Assembly: GCF_009914755.1 (NCBI RefSeq)
Contig: NC_060931.1
Strand: one strand, 5' to 3'
Origin: the human T2T-CHM13v2.0 reference genome, Homo sapiens
DNA: 64,000 nucleotides
Each line of letters starts with the position of its first letter. The first letter of the stretch is position 1. The notes under the pieces were generated by a model. The model made no database searches and had not been told where the DNA came from. It saw only the letters and a list, made by a program, of their open reading frames with translations. Below, in pieces: positions 26,861 through 41,300 of the stretch. The translations under genes were made by a program, and so were the position numbers.

Positions 26861-29800
26861 CAACTTTTCTTTATACCCACAAGATTTCTAATATTCTGGA
26901 ACTATGGAAAGGGCTCTTGTCTGCTTGGTCTCTCCCTCTTGGTTCACCTTCTGACCAGTAGCACCCTAGAAGTGAGCCCTGGGCCATGGGGGAGTTTTCT
27001 CCTTATAAAATTAACTATCCCATATTGGGTGGGAAAGTCATTGTTTGGCAATGCCTTATTCAGTGATGTCACCTGTCCGCCCAGAAGCTTCCTGCAGAAA
27101 ACCCACACCAATTCCACCCAACATGGAGAAGACTCCATCTCTCCACAGAAATTACTGGGCAAGGACCAGGGCACCTCTGCCTACAGCCCCCATATGTGCA
27201 GACGCTATCACGCACTATGTGTGCATCAGTTTAGTTTCCATGTGGAGGAGTCATGGTGTGCTGGGACATCACTGGGCTGGGGGTCCTAGGACCTGGGCTG
27301 TAATCCTAGACCCGTTCCTTACTTCTGCAAGCCCTTAGCAATTGTCTTCATCTGTCTAGCTTTCAGTGTTCAACATAAATTGATCTCTATTGTCCTTTCA
27401 AGCCAGAAGATTCCATCATAACTAACTATCTTAAGGCTGGAAAAATCTCCAGGAGTGTCACTCCAGGATCTCCCTCAATTTTATTCTCATCTTGGTTACT
27501 TCATCTATCTGTATGATAGGGACCCTCAGCTCTGCCCTTTCCCTAGCTCTTGTGATCTCAAAAAAGTACAGTGATATCAATCTGAAATATACTTTGAATT
27601 CTAAGAAAGGAAATTGTCGCAACTTCTAATGATGAATTATGAAACCACTAGAGTTTACTGTGGCCATTTCTATCTATCATTAACATAAACAATTGTGAGG
27701 GTGAGTAAAGGGTTGTGTGCACATCCTTTCTGAGAGAATGGAGAGAGCACAGGCTTCTGAAGTCCTAGATTCAACTCCTGGCTCAGCCACTTATCAAAAA
27801 TGTGTCTTTGAGCCTCGGTTTCCCCCTATGCATAAAGGGAGCAGTATTAGGTGACGATTAAATCCTGTTGTCAGTGCTCAGCAACGTCCCTTCTTGCCTT
27901 TCTCTGTGTGGGACTGGGAGGACAGTCAGGGGACCCAGCGGCGCTGTGCCAGCCTTCATGCTTTCTAGGCTGCAGACGTAATGCAGAGCTTCCCGCTTCC
28001 ATCTGCCAGGAGCTGACCCCACCGGACTGTAGTAGTAGGCCAGTTGCTTTCCATTAGGAAGTTCGTTTTCAAGGGGTGAGTGGTGGTGGTGGTACGGATA
28101 ATGCATCCATTTCACATTTTGCGCATCTGGGGAGTCTGATCTATATCCGACTAAGGCTCAGAATAGATTCCCCATTCCAAAATGAGAAATGGCTATTAGA
28201 GCTATATTTAGACTAGGGGTTCAGTGAGCTCAGAAATAATTGCTGGCCCTGGGGTGGAGATGGGGTAGGAGGAGGCTAATTCCAGGCTAATTTGGGCCCA
28301 TTCTCAGGGTGGGTGGCCTGGGGGAAGGCCGGGAGTCTCAGCCACCCTATTTCTGTCCATTCAGGCCTCTGCTACAGCAACAGACAACCCCCAATACCAA
28401 AATGCCATTGCCTATGACAGACAAGCTCAGTAGATGGAGAACCTGGGAGAAGGATCTAAAAGTGTAGCAGCCCACAGGGAGGGGCAGCAGATAGGTGGAG
28501 GCTTTTAATAACTGAATGTTAGTCAGGAGTCTGTGGGTCACAGGGGACCTGGGACCTGCTGCTGCTGGGACCTGGGCTGTGCAGTCTGAGAGCTGATGCT
28601 TAGATCTTAACTCTGCCACTTAAGAGCTTGGTCAGGCGCACTCAACATTCTCAAGCCTCTGAAAGCTATGCAGATTAAATGACATAATACATGTAAAACA
28701 CTCAACACAGTCCTAGACCATCCAAACCTAACACCCAGCATCTGTCCTTATAGGCACGACCACCATGGCCAACTCATCTTTTGGGTTTGCTTTTCCTGGG
28801 ACAGACAACATTCACATTAATGCAAAGTTCAATTTTAAAATTCAACTTTAAAGGTTTCCAGATGTGTCCCTGTGATTGCTGAATACTTCAGCCCTCAGTT
28901 ACCATATATGTAAGTGCTGGAAAAGGAGTCAGAACTGAAGAGAACTTGTGATGGGATCTCACAGTCTTATTCCTAACCTGACCACTGACTCCACTGGGTG
29001 ATGCCCTGTGATCCCCAGGCCTAAAGAACCCCTCCCTATCAATAGGGCTTTGGCCACACAGCACAGCCCCAGAACTTTCCAGCCAGTTCCCTGTCTCTTT
29101 CTCTCCTCTCTTCAGCTATTCTGAGAGCTTTTGCTCTGCTCTTGAATTGTATAGGAAGGAAAAGAGGAAAACCCCAGCAAGTAAGTTTTATTGCCCCAGC
29201 ACCTGGAAAAGTTAAGAAAAGACAGGGAACACTTCCAACTATCTGATGAAATGAGGTCAAGGTTATCTGTGTTCTTTATTTAATCAGGGTCTCCCCTGAC
29301 CTCTGTGAACAAGCATAACCAAAAGCGTGCCCTGGGTCTGGGATAGGAAATCATGCTGGCTCCTAGCCAAGTACAAGAGGCCGTGCTGTGTGCCGGCATG
29401 TTGGGACATGAGTTGGCACGGCACGTCTGGAAGGCCAGGGTCAGGCAGTGAGGCCCAGCATGGTGGTATTTGGCACAGAATCCAGCAGCCCCTGCTGTGA
29501 CAGGGACATGAGGATGCAGCCTCCAGACACAATTAAACATGGGGCATTTGCTGAGTTTGCAAACAAACCTGCAGGATACAGGGCTGAGGCAGCAGCAAGA
29601 AAACGGATGTGACAATTCAGGGCAGGTAGCATGCCATACGTGGAATTCATTTTCGAATGCTTTTCTCCTCCATTAAGCCTGCTTCGGATGTTGCTGGGAA
29701 TATAGCTTAACCTGGACCAGGGTCTGGGGCAGAGTGGGGCTGGTTTGGGTTGTGTGCCTCCCCAGGCAAGTTCACCATGCCACCGTTTGCTGAGTTGTGG

Positions 29801-32588
29801 GCCACCCCTCAGGGATGCTCACAGTTTAAGGGGAGAATCAAGGCACTTACAAGGTGCTAAGGAGGAGGGAAAGGCAGGAATTTGGGGTCTAGGTTAATTG
29901 GCTCCAAACTTCACTGAGCAACAGAATCAACAGTAGATTCTGTTTTGCTGGATTTAAGATGCTGGTGCCTGGGCCAAGCTCTGAGCAGCAAAATCAAAAT
30001 TCCCAGGAGCTGGGCATCTGTATTTTCTCAAGGCCCTGTACTCCTCCACTCATTCCCCAACCCATGACCCTGTTAATGGGCTGGGTTTGGGACAACTGGC
30101 CTTGACCATAGGGAGCAGAGGAGTTAGTGATTTGAGGATTATGCATTTTGCCCTGGAATCTGAGTGATACGGCAGGTGGAAGGCTATGGGGGCACAGGGA
30201 CAGGGTGGGGGTGAGCATAGAGATAACACTGGACAGCTGTACATGGCTTCCCCATTCATAAGCAATTTCACAGCCATGGTTGCCTATGACCACATTCTGG
30301 TGAGGTAGCCAGCTCAGGGAGGACAGCTTCCTGTTTACAGATGAAGACACAGGTTGGGAGGGGTTAAGCGACTTGCTCAAGGTCACGCAGCCTGTGAATG
30401 GCAGTGCCAGGTCCCTAACACAAGGTGTCTGTGACCAACGGCTGCTCTATGACATGGCACAGCCTCCTTTCTCCACTCCAGTCCCCTCTCTTGCAGGGGC
30501 CAGGTGGCTGTAACTCTCTCGTGATGAGCTGCAGCTGCCTAATTGGTTGCAGAGGCAAGTTGTCCCAAACATCATGGACAATGATGAAGGCAGAGTTGGC
30601 TTGGAGAATTTCCATTCAAATATATCTTATAATCACTCTTTGGCCAACATGTTTCCCTCACAAGGTCTGTCTCCTTCTACATGACACACATCTCCAAATA
30701 AGGCTCTCTATCATCTGGGGCCTGGCAAGATTCTAGACAATCGCTCAGTGTGGTGGTGCAATGTCACCCTGGCCAAACCCAGCAGGGGCTGGTATGTCTG
30801 ACTTCATGAGACTTTACCAATTATGGAATTGTTTCACTGGATCCAGGGGCTGCGGACTTCAGGGCTGGCCATATCCTGAGGCAACTGCTGCCTGGAGCTT
30901 GGTAGGGAATCTACATCCTGTCTTGGGGCCAAGGGTATGGTCTGGGGACACAGAGCAGCAGGAGCCCACAGGTGGGCCAATTCTTTAGGACAACCTGACC
31001 TTCACAGGGCTCCCAGGCTGCTAGAACTGAGTGGGCCATTAGTTCTGACACAGATGCTCAGTTGTGGCCCTGTAGATTTGAAGGGAAGGCCGTGGGCTGG
31101 TTTACTAGGCCATGTTTTCCGAGGCATCTTTCCAGCTATGCTGAAGAATCAGTCTGACCTTGCAGAATGTCTGTAGATGGAGGAATTGGAAGGGTCCCTC
31201 ACAGCTTTCTGTGCCATTCACCCTGGTCCAGCCAAGGGAGAATCCAGCAAAATCATTGACATGCAAAGGCATCTTTGGCTAGCATGGGCCTTAATAAAGC
31301 CAGCTCTCTGAGATGGAGGGTGTAGCTGGAAAAGGGTCATTGAAGGCAGAAAAGTTGGACAGAAAGCTCCACCCCGTAGGGCCCATCTAATCTCTGCAAG
31401 ACTCCTGGCCTGGAAGGCCACCCTGGTCTGCCCTCATGTCGGGTCACTGAGACTCAGCAAAGCCTGGAGAGGGTCTCCCCACCCCTGGTGCTTCTCTGGC
31501 CAATGTTTCTTCAAGGAGTGAAGGGAATCTGAAAACAGTGCAGACCAAATAGCTGCTGTGTCGACGAAAGGCGGCCGGGGGCTGAGCAAAGGGTGGCATT
31601 GGTGACACCACAGGGTATGAAAGGTTAGCTTTGCATGCCTCAGCTCCCTATTAGATTTTCCCTTTTCTTCTTCCTGCTTTCATTCTTTATCAGAAATTGC
31701 CTAGTGGGCTCTCTCTCACTCATACTTCAGCACGAATGGGCTGGCGTCAGGCCGTTGCTGGCAGTGGCTGCTGCAGGCTTGTTTTTGGGAGCAGAGTCAA
31801 GGAGCAGAAGTGAAAGTCCTGTGTTCTCAATGACTCCAGGAGCAGGAGACCCTGCCTGACCATAGCCCCTGCCTTTGGGGCTGGCCTTTTCTCTTTTCTC
31901 ACCACTCTCCTCCTTCCTGTCCCCTGTGATCAGTGACCCTGTGACACTCATGTGCACAATTCTGTAGGAGCTATGCTTAGACCTTTTGTGATGCTTGGAG
32001 AAACCACCCACACCCATCCAGACCCCAGATCCAGGAAAACACCTGGGAAGAAGACAAAAATAACTATGAAAGCGTAGGTTGGCTGCACTAACCTAATTCT
32101 AGGACCAAAGAATCCCAGAGTTGGGTAAAAACTTAGTTGCCTAATCCAAACTTTTATTGGATATAACCACTCAATGCAGATATTTATGCTATGTGTTTGC
32201 CAGTTACATCCAATTTGAAGAAAAATAATAAGAATAACATCATTAAATATAATCAGACATGACTTATGAAAGGGTTTGATGCAACATTAAACTGTGTTTA
32301 CTGGTACTGTTGCCCTAATTTATTGCTTGTGTGCCACGGTAATCTAATCATAATTACAAAAACAAATAGCTAGGAGCATTCTTTACATCTCTTGGTGACT
32401 TAGCTTCTAAAGAGGTCCCTCCTCCATCCCTAGCAGACAGTATTGAGCCACTTCAGGGTTTAGAGTTCTTAGGATACCCTAAATGAATAGCACAGAAAGC
32501 TTGGAGGGACCCTCCATCTACAGAGAGTCTGCAGGCTCAGACTTATTTCTCAGTACAGCTGGGAATATCACTCAGAGATCATGGCTTA

Positions 32589-32824
<236 letters not shown>

Positions 32825-32984
32825 AGAAAACCAGCCCATGGTATTCCCTTCAAACCTCCAGGGCTCGGTACCTGTGGGATAAGGTGTGCATTCCCAAGGC
32901 CCTCCAGCCAGACTGGACTCACTGAAGCCTTTGTGCATCTTGGTTCTTCTATAGTGAGGGGCGGTCCATCCACTACCCACCAAA

Positions 32985-34380
32985 TGAGACCTGCACACAG
33001 ATGTTTATAGCAATGTTATTCATAATTGCCAACACTTGGAAGCGAACAAGGTGCCCTTCAGTAGGCGATGGATAAATAAATGGTGTGGTACATCCAGACA
33101 ATGGAATATTATTCAGTTCTAAGAAGGAATGAGCTATCAAGCCATGAGGAGATATGGAGGAACCTAAAATGCATATTATTAAATGAAAGAAGCCAATCTG
33201 AAAAGCCTACATTGTGTGATTCCAACTATATGACCTGGAAAAGGCAAAAACTATGGAGACACTAGAAAGACCTGTGGTTCAATGAGATATAATCTCATAC
33301 CTGTCAGAAAGGCTATTATTAAAAAGACAAAAAATAACAGATGGAGAGGTTGTGGAGGAAAAAGGACACTGATGCACTATCGGTGGGAGTGTAAATTAGT
33401 TCAGCCCCTGTGGAAACCAGTTTGGAGAGTTCCCAAAGAACTTAAAACAGAACTGCCATTCAACCTAGCAATCCCATTACTAGGTATCAACCCAAAGAAA
33501 AATAAATTGTTCTACCAAAAAGACCTGCACTCGTATGTTTATCGAAGTACTGCTCACAATAGCAAAGACATGGAGTCAACCTGGATGCCCATCAATGGAA
33601 GACTGGATAAAGAAAATGTGGTATATAGATACCGTGGAGTACTATGTACTCATAATAAAGAATGAGATCATGCTTTTTACAGCCACGTGGATGCAACTGG
33701 AGGCCGTTATCCTAAGCAAATTAATGCAGGAACAGAGAATGAAATACTGTATGTTCCCACTAATAGGTGAGAACTAAACAGTGAGTACACATGGGAACAT
33801 AAAGATAAAGACGGGAACAACAGACGCCAGGGAGTACTAGAGTGGGGAGGATGAAAGGGGGCTGAGGGTTGAAAAACTGTCTATCTGGTACTATGCTCAC
33901 TACCTGGGTGGTGGGATCATTTGTACGCCAAACTTCAGCGACACGCGATTTACCCATGCAACAAACTTGCACATACATGTGTTGAACCTAAAATAAAAAT
34001 TAAAAAAAAAAAAAAGATCTGTGGTTTTCAGGGGTTGGACGGGGTTGTGGGAGTGGAGAGGGATGAATGGGCAGAGCACAGAGAATTTTTAGGGCAGTGA
34101 AACTCCTCTGTATGATATCATAATGGTGGATACCTGTCATTACACATTTGTCCAAACCCATAGGATGTACAACCCCAGAGTGAGCCCTACCAAAGACTGT
34201 GGACTCTGGATGATAATGATATGTCAATGTAGGTTCATTGATTGTAACAAAGGGACCACTCTGGTTGGGAATGTTGATAGTGGTGGACAGTGGGAGGAGG
34301 CAGGGGGTTTATAGGACCTCTTTCTGCTCAAATTTGCTGTGAACCTAAAACTGCTCTAAAAAATAGTCTATTCAAAAATA
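32985..34380 (+). mobile_element. L1MC-type 3' fragment interrupted by a younger L1
   Basis: ORF2p motif WYIQTMEYYS (ORF 33080..33265). The 3' UTR resumes at about 34013 and ends gctgtgaacctaaaactgctctaaaaaatagtctatt. Confidence 0.88.
33280..34012 (+). mobile_element. Nested 5'-truncated L1PB/L1MA-type element with poly-A tail
   Basis: ORF2p C-terminal peptides in ORFs 33282..33665 and 33535..33777. TSD AAAGA[C/T]CTGTGGTT at 33266-33279 and 34013-34026. Confidence 0.92.
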
Positions 34381-34590
34381 GTAAGTTAGAAAACAGGCAG
34401 TATACTACTGTTTTATCATTCCTTTAATGAATACACCTACATTCAAATGTCCTTCCTTGCTCTCACACGGCCAAATCTGACATGCCCAGGGGACATGGAA
34501 GAAGGGGAAGGAGCAGAACTGCCACCAGTACTGGGGCTGCTGCAAAGGCTGAGGGACCCAATGTAGAGAGCCAAGGTTGGGAAGGATGCA
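34296..34590 (+). repeat. Inverted duplication arm A (L1MC 3' end plus about 210 bp of flank)
   Basis: Reverse complement of 42394-42689, about 91% identical, with a 76-bp perfect run at 34310-34385. Confidence 0.97.
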
Positions 34591-37009
34591 GAGTCCTGCG
34601 GCTGCGATGCCTGCAGTGGGCTGGAACAGAAAAAGGCTACTCAGTAAAATTTGGCAACGGACACGAACTCACTTTCTCTCTCCTAGCTGTGCTTTTCCTG
34701 CAGGGACTGAACAAGGGCAGTGTGTGCACATGTGGGAGTGCCAGAAGCACCAGCGCAATCCAGATGTGCCCAGGCCCATCTGTGCGTGAAAATGCAGACA
34801 CACCACACTATTTATCAATTAGTGTCTGCTGCTGCCAGTGTCACCAGTTCTCTGCCTGATGAATGATGCTAGGCTGGACAAGCCACACCCCAAGGTATTT
34901 CCACTGTCTGCAGCAAAGCCCACCAGGGGCTGTCAATAAACATCCCCAGCATAGCCCCCAGGCACTGAATGATGGGAGTGGGTCAGATGGGCACAGCCCT
35001 TCAGGACCCGGGCAGCTGCCGGCCAGCCTCGAGCAGTCCACTAAAAGAAACAGTTCCAGATGGTGCCTCCGAGCACATCCTCTGGGTAGCAGCCACTCTG
35101 CCCTAGTGCACAAGACATGGCTAGATTTCAGCCCCTACTCAGCCCCTTGGTGAGGAGTCCTTGTGCAGTGACCAACCTACACAACAGTATACTGTGGCTC
35201 TGTGAGCACCTACACACACAGTCCCAGGGAAATGAGTGTATCTCAGAGATCCAGGAGACCCAAAACCAATCTCAGCTCTGCCTTACTTCACCAGCAGAGG
35301 TTGACCAAATAGATCAACCTCTCAGGGCTGCCGTTTTCTCAGCTGTAAAATGAGAGGCTCCTTCCTGCTCTAACAATCCAAGATATATGGGAAATTGAGA
35401 GTACATTTCCCTTCCTTTCCCCGGGTTGCCCCCCTTTCCCTTCTTGAACTTGACCCAGCCCTTCCAGACCAGGCTAAAACTGAAAATCAATTTTAATTAT
35501 AAAAATCCGTTTACTGTATCAATAAATCATTCTGGCTCGGCTTGGTGGTGGGGAGAAGGTTACACCTGGAACCAAGCTCATAAGTCACTCTCTCCCTCTG
35601 CCTTGCCGCTCGGGGGCTGCCACCCCTCTGCTCCCTGCTCCAATATTCATCTCCGTCATTAGGCTGTGGATTATTAATGATGTCCTGGGCTGATGGATCG
35701 GAGCCCAGATGCTCTGAAACACATTGTGCTGGTTGTAACTTGATTTTCAGTGGACCCCTTGACAGCAAACCTTGATGGGCTTTTTCCCCTTTCCATGGAG
35801 GGGGTAAAGAGGGGAGTAGGACTGTCCTTCAAGGTGGTCCCATGGCTGCAGGTAGGAAAGAGTTGGTGGCACAGACAAATGGGGTGAGCCTGCCTCTCCC
35901 AGCCCACTTACTAGGAGACAGCACAGTGTTATGTACATGTCAGGTTCCCATGGCAATGAGACTTTTAAATTAATTAACTGATCAATTAATATTGTTGTTA
36001 GGCTTATTCCTTGCGTGCACTAAGGAGAGAGGCACCATCTGCTTTGGATGGCATTTCGGGGGAAGGGGGAGCTCCTCTGCTGGCTTAAGCTCAGTGGGGA
36101 GGCTGGGGAGGAAGGCAGAGATGCTGGGTCTAAGGGGTCAAAACATCAGCGGACTGCCAGTCCCTAGAGACCACTTGTCGTTCATGACTCCCTAAGGTCA
36201 GTGGTTCAAGTTCACACAACTCTGCGTAACACCACAACCCAAGGTTTGGATGGAGCTGGGGGCGGGAAGTCACAAATAGTGGGTGGCTCAGTGGAACCAA
36301 TTCCTCTTACTAGGGGGGTTGAAGTCTCACTTCCTTTATGGCATGTGACCCCTCGTAAGCTTCCAGTGCTTTATGTTGTCTGGACCCCTGAGCCTTACAT
36401 CCAGGCAGCCTGCACAGGACCACTGAGGAAAGCACAAGTCCATATGAGAGAGGGAGGCTGAGCTTCTCCCCTGGGTATCCACAGCTTTCCTGTTCTCCCT
36501 CACATCCATCTAGTTGGCAGAGATGCAAAATGGGAACTTCTGTGGAAAGGAACCTGGCATGGCTGGCCCACCACCAGTGGGGTGGGGACTGCAGGACTGG
36601 CCATGCCAAATGTGTTCTGGCCATGCCATCCACACTCACCACCACCCTGCACAGGCTTACCAAGAGGCAGGCATCTGCAGCACTTCGACCCTGCAAGCCA
36701 GCAGCCCCGTGGCACCCCATCAGAGCAGGCTGGGGCAGCAGCCTACTGTTTACTAGAGACATGCCTGGGCTGAGTTATGAGTGCCTCCGAGCCTCAGCTT
36801 CTTTACGGTAAAGTAGGGGTAAGAAACCCTACCTGGGTTGTTCTGAGAGCTTGTCACACTCTAGTTCTGGTTTGGAAGCTTTACCCATAGTTAGAAGACA
36901 GAGCGGAGCTGACACTTACAACCTAGCAAATTGTCCACTGCATGCATTGATTTTGTGGGAGAGAAAACTAAAAGTAACACTCCAGATGAGATTTTAGGAT
37001 TGTTTATGG

Positions 37010-37200
37010 AGCACTGGACTCAAAATCAAAAGACCTGGATTTGAGAGCTGACTGCCACATATCGGCTGGGTGATTTTTGAGAAGTCATTTAACCTTTCTC
37101 ATCTGTCACATGAGATAATGGTGCCAACTTCAAGGAGTTGCTGGGTAGGTTCAATGAGAGATTGTGTGGAAAATCGCTTGGGAAATAGCAAGTACTAAAC
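37010..37200 (+). mobile_element. MIR SINE
   Basis: gcactggactcaaaatcaaaagacctggatttg...aagtcatttaacct...ctcatctgt. Confidence 0.7.
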
Positions 37201-37842
37201 AGATCCATGGCATCATTTCATTTGCTACCACTGTACCGTTAGCAAAGATAATTTAGAGTTCGCCTGTATCAAGCTTTCTAGGGTGCATAAATGATAGTAA
37301 CTATTAACTTCTTGATTCAGTTCTTTCACTGCCTTCCATTAAGGCACCAGAAGAGAAATCATTTTTCCTTTTTTGTTCATCTGCTCGTCATTATTTCAGA
37401 TATCCCGCTGCACTCAGATACAAGACTGAAGAAGCAAGAACGTTATAAAAAAGAAAGAATGAAAAGAAAGAAGAAAAGCAACTAAGCCCAGAGATGGATC
37501 CCAAAACTGAAGAATTGGTTTAATTAAATTGAAAGCTCTGGTGCTTGTGGTAATTGCTATGAAGGAATCCATATCCCATCAGAACCCTCTCCCCTGGAGT
37601 TTGCTCCCTCTACTTTCTCTGCAGCAGGTACTAAAATTGCTTTTATCTTTAGGGAGATGCAGCCCACAGGGCCCAGAAATTATTGTGGGGTCAACTGTCT
37701 GGAGTGGGGCTTAGGGAGTAGTAGCAAATAATTCGGTCCAAACCTGGCTTTGACCTTGAATTTCCCCAACTTAGACCTCACTCTTTTTTTTTCTGCAAAT
37801 GAGGCCTCATATGCCCTGGTTTGCAGAGACACTTAAAAGTAG

Positions 37843-38317
<475 letters not shown>

Positions 38318-41300
38318 CTGTCTGTCCCTTTTAATGCTAATAGAGAAACTTGATCCCAGAAGTAGATAAAATCAGCTTTTAAACAACGACAAATGCAACA
38401 AGCAATGGCAGGCCACAGGAAGCAATTAGGAATAGTGAGCGGGAAGAGCCCTGAAGAGACCTGGGTTTGAGTCCCAACCACACCATATACCAGGTTCATA
38501 ACTTTGAGAAACTCTGGGTGTTGAGTTTGAATTGTGCTTTGGGGTCAGCTGGGTCCTGCCTGATTGTCCAGGTTTCAAAACCATTCTAAGCATCTAGATC
38601 AAAACAGGTTGTTTCCATACTTTCAAAAACACTATTTTGTTTACCAATTATCAAGCATTTGTTAAGTATCTATCCCAAGCTAAGTACTGTGCTATATTGG
38701 TCAGGTCAGGCAACGCAGCACCTTAAAAGTTGAAGAGAAGCCTTTGGAACCATTATTCATTCATTCAATTGAATATGGTCAATTGGCATCATGAATCTAA
38801 CAATTAGGAATTGGGTAGCAATATGAAGGGTGTGTATGGGAAGGATCAGGTGGCAGGAGAACAGCAAGAAGACAGGATTGGGGTCATTTTCAGTCCTGGG
38901 CAAAGAATTGAGCATGCAGACAAGATCAGTGGGGTCCTTCCTAGGTATTTATGAATCCCTGAATCTCAAACTGAATACCTTGTGTAGCAGAAGCGAGCGT
39001 ACACAGACCCTAGCAGATACACATGTGAACCTGGGTAGTCCCTGAAGAACAGGACAGGGCTCAGCTGCAGGTACCGTGCACTATGACCCTGCCAGCCACA
39101 CACATGGGCACTAACATTCTGAGCAGTCATCTAGAAGCCAGCAGCCAGTGCAGGATGGGGGTCCCAAAGGGCTTGGGGAATCCACAAACCACATGGTCAC
39201 ACCCTTAATGCCGAAGAGCAGGGGAAATGGAGGTGCACACAGGTCCTAACTATAACATGAAAAGGGATGGGTGGGAATAAGAAAAAGTCATTAGAAAAGA
39301 GGAGCTCTAAAATGGCTCAGAATCAAGAAGAAGTTGACTCAGTATCAATGTGTGGCTCAGCAGACATCAAATCCCATGATAAAGCCTTGTTTCCCTATGT
39401 TCACTGGGCTGGAACCCGAACTGAATCCAGCTCTAGGGAAAAAGAGAAGGTTTGGGGTAAGAGTGTGTGTATATGTGTGGTGTATGTGTCTGTGTTTGGG
39501 TGTGGGTGTGGGGGGGAGGGTAAGGAGCTGAATTTTAAAAATCCATCACAATCAATTATCACAAGTATGTCCATTTTTCCAGCCTGCTAGCCAGAGTCAA
39601 AGACTGTGTGCATTTGAAATCTCCAACCTTTTAAAACATTACTGTGAAGTTGAAAGTTCCTGGTGTCTTTTGATTAAACATCGTGCTAGGTAATGACTGT
39701 TTTACTTCTTATTCTTTTTTGCCCCCTTCAAATTACTGATTGTTGTCTGACATTAAGGCCCCATTTGCTCTTAGGAAATTAACAAGCCTACGAAACTCTT
39801 AATGAATTGAAACTCATCAAATGTTTGGAAACTATGGCAGTCTTAAGATTCTTTTCCTTTTAATCTATCTCTCTGTGAAATGTCTCATTTTTTCCACATA
39901 TTCACTTGGATTCAGACAGCTGCACTTTAGGAATTAGGTTTTGAGTCTTGCTTATCTGAAGTAGCAGGGAGTCACCTGCCCACAGAGGTGCAAGGGCTTG
40001 AGAACTTGGGTGGTTTCTCCAACCAGCAACGTGCTTACTGTCTTTCTGCATAAGCATCGACCTGGCTGCACCAAGTGATTTCTACTTTCCATCCAAGGGT
40101 GCCTTAGAGCTTTAATACATTTGAAAAGACATTTCTAGGGTACAGTCTGGTCATCAAACAGAACTACTTCCATTTTGGAATAAAGTGACTGGGCTTCAAA
40201 GGGATTAATCTTGTGTATGGGCCATGCCACCTGCTAGGGAGTTGTGAGCTAATGGTGGGCATCCTTGAATCCCATCTTATCTGGATAGTTTCTCCTTTTC
40301 TAATGCCATCATCATCTAGCAGCAGACCATATACAGAGGTTCCAGTTGAGACCTTCAGCTTTGTGAAGGGTGGGAATTCCTGAAACTGTCGCAAGGCTTG
40401 GGGTCTGATGAATACATAACCACCCAAGTAAGGAGCATCCAGGAGCAAATTCCACACTATCTCTTGCCTCAGAAGTCAGGAAAAATAATCAGGTAACTAG
40501 GAAACCCTGAGGAAATTTCAGTCATCAGTTCACCTTGGGAAGTGGAGTTGTTATGTGAGTGTTTATGTTCAGGTGTGTCAGTAGGAGGAGCCTGATGAGG
40601 ATGAAGAATAATGAGCATAGCCCAAGGGGAACACTTTCCTCTCTAGTCAACAACCATTTCCAATCCTTGGACAACCAACCACACAGTCGCAAAGCCAGGT
40701 GTCCTTGGACACATGTGAATGGGGAGAGGGGTGTGCCCAGCTCACAGAGCCCTCAGCCCTAGAGCAGTTCTGACCTTGACTTAGTATATCTTCCAGCTAA
40801 TCATGAGTCTAGACACACATGCCCCAAATAGTCTTGGTAGAGGCTTCCCAGGGTGATCCACTGCTGTTAAGCTACATGGTGGAGCTGGGAACCACATGGC
40901 AATCCTTGGAAACATCATGCCATCATCTCATGGTATTTAGATTCTCAGCTCAAAACTTAGAGCTCTGCCATTGGCTTCTTATATGATATGGAATCTCAGC
41001 TCTTCAATCCTCAGAATGCAGGAAATGGTTTCTTACATGTATTCGGAAAACAAGCATACTATGTAGAACAAATAACACCTCAAACCAAATGGAGGCTGTT
41101 GCGAGTCCTCACCATAATAAAGCAAAGGAAAGAACCCGTGGGGTTTCTGCCCATGTCTGAGAGCTGAATTCTGGCTTCCTTGCTCCTGCTTACTTCTTAG
41201 CAGCAGGACCTTGGCCATCAAGAGTTAACTCCATCTGACTCTAATGCACGCACTGCCACCCAGAACAATAAGCCAGGCAATGGAGAATCCTGCCAGGACC

